Source of the DNA: Felis catus
Lineage: Eukaryota
Direction of reading: 5' to 3'
Assembly (NCBI RefSeq): GCF_018350175.1
Contig: NC_058368.1
Coordinates: 169,572,001-169,636,000, forward strand
Length of the DNA stretch: 64,000 bases
Shown here: positions 62,847-64,000 of the stretch, in pieces
How the letters are laid out: every line of letters starts with the position of its first letter
How positions within the stretch are numbered: the first letter of the stretch is position 1
The notes under the pieces: generated by a model
Told to the model about the DNA's origin: nothing
The model's input: only the letters and a program-made list of their open reading frames with translations
The model's database searches: none
Position numbers and translations under genes: made by a program

Positions 62847-63068
62847 AGGGGTCTGAGAACTACAGTCTGCAGGCCAAAGCTAGCCTGCTGCATGTTTTTG
62901 TCAATAAAGTTTTATTAGAACATAGTGATTCTGTTTGTTTACGTACTTTCTATGGCTGCTGTATGACTACAGAGGCAGAGTTGAGGGGTTGTGACAGAGA
63001 CCATATGACCCCCAAAGCTGAACAATATTTACTAATGGTCCTTTAGAGAAATAATAGCCCTCTTGTCT
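62847..63068. mobile_element. MER58A-like hAT MITE
   Basis: aactacagtctgcaggccaaa...tttttgtcaataaagttttattagaaca...gcagagttgag...gacagagaccatatg. Confidence 0.85.
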
Positions 63069-63149
63069 ATCTGACTGTAGAGTCCACCTGATGTGGAATC
63101 CCGAGAGTTGTCACTCCAGGGAGTATTTTAGTTATAAAAGAGCATGGAA

Positions 63150-63265
63150 AGTGCGGCAACAGTAGAAAAAGAGCAGTAGACTGGGAACCCGGAACTCTGG
63201 ATTCTAGTCCGACCTCTGTCAAAAAGTGGCCTGGGACCTCGGAACGATCACTCTGCCTCCTAAGA
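63150..63265 (+). mobile_element. MIR 5' fragment
   Basis: agtagaaaaagagcagtagactgggaacccggaactctggattctagtcc. Confidence 0.6.
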
Positions 63266-64000
63266 AATCTTTTTTCTGATCTACTAATGAAAGCCACATT
63301 GCCACGTTTCCAAATTAGAAGGTGTCCTAAACACTTTTTTTGGTTTTCAGGAAGCTATTTCACTGGTTCTCCATGGCAACTCTCACAGCCCTTGGCAAGT
63401 TGCCTTTTGAAGTCTTATTTCTCTATGTTTTGGTTATGGCACCTTTGAGTAGTTTGGGGATGGAAATAGTACTATATGTTTGATGCAAAGACCTATTTTT
63501 GTTTTCTTTTTGTGAACACCAGTGTTTCCTTCCCCTGAAACAACCTAAGCCTGACGTTTTCTCTGGAGAGGTAGAAGGCTGAAGTTAAAGAGTAATATGA
63601 AAAATCCTGAAAAGATTATGTGAAAACCATTGAGTTTTACCCTATGAAGGAACATCCAAAATTCCTACACAGTATGGGCTTCAGATCAGTGCAGGTGCCT
63701 GTGGAACAGGAGATTCTTCCACTGAAGGACTAACAGAGCTGGGTCATTTTAGATCTCAAGAAATCCAATCTTCGGCCTTCTATAGTTGAAATCAGTCCTG
63801 GTGTAGCTTTGCTCTGAAAGATTGAGGGAAAGGACTGTTTAGTAAAATACAGACTGCCCTTGTGAGAAGTGTCTGAGCTATCGCCTTATACAAGGAGGAT
63901 TTGATGGGAAGGTTGATATTGGGACATTGTCTTGTTCTGTGATGCAACATGGTGGTTTGAAATAAGAAACGTGTTAGTTTGGTGATCCTGTCTTGACTCT

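Noticed and set aside
56000..64000. A second gene downstream of MAN2A1
   Set aside because: Only short ORFs, several within old repeats; no CpG island, recognisable protein motifs or consistent exon chain

Overview
This is AT-rich mammalian genomic DNA, most likely from a felid, judging by about 26 Can-SINE copies of feline type. It holds the 3' part of MAN2A1 (Golgi alpha-mannosidase II, GH38) on the + strand. Ten coding exons (5156-53280; 166, 219, 123, 115, 134, 142, 134, 195, 111 and 153 nt) are all GT-AG. They splice phase-consistently into about 496 C-terminal residues ending ...SPMEISTFRIQLR*. Exon numbers 13-22 are by recalled analogy with human. A 3' UTR of up to about 2.6 kb follows, with several AATAAA signals, then about 8 kb of intergenic DNA. 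The rest is intron filled with SINEs, MIR/L2/L1 fragments, MaLR LTRs, DNA-transposon relics and microsatellites. I found no convincing previously undescribed biological system. The best leads are an ERVK-like solo LTR with a 6-bp TSD, head-to-head SINEs sharing one palindromic target site, inverted SINEs bracketing an exon, candidate stop-containing cryptic exons and acceptors, and dense miR-25/92 sites plus a G-quadruplex in the UTR. Repeat family names are recognised from memory, not from a database search, and repeat boundaries are approximate.
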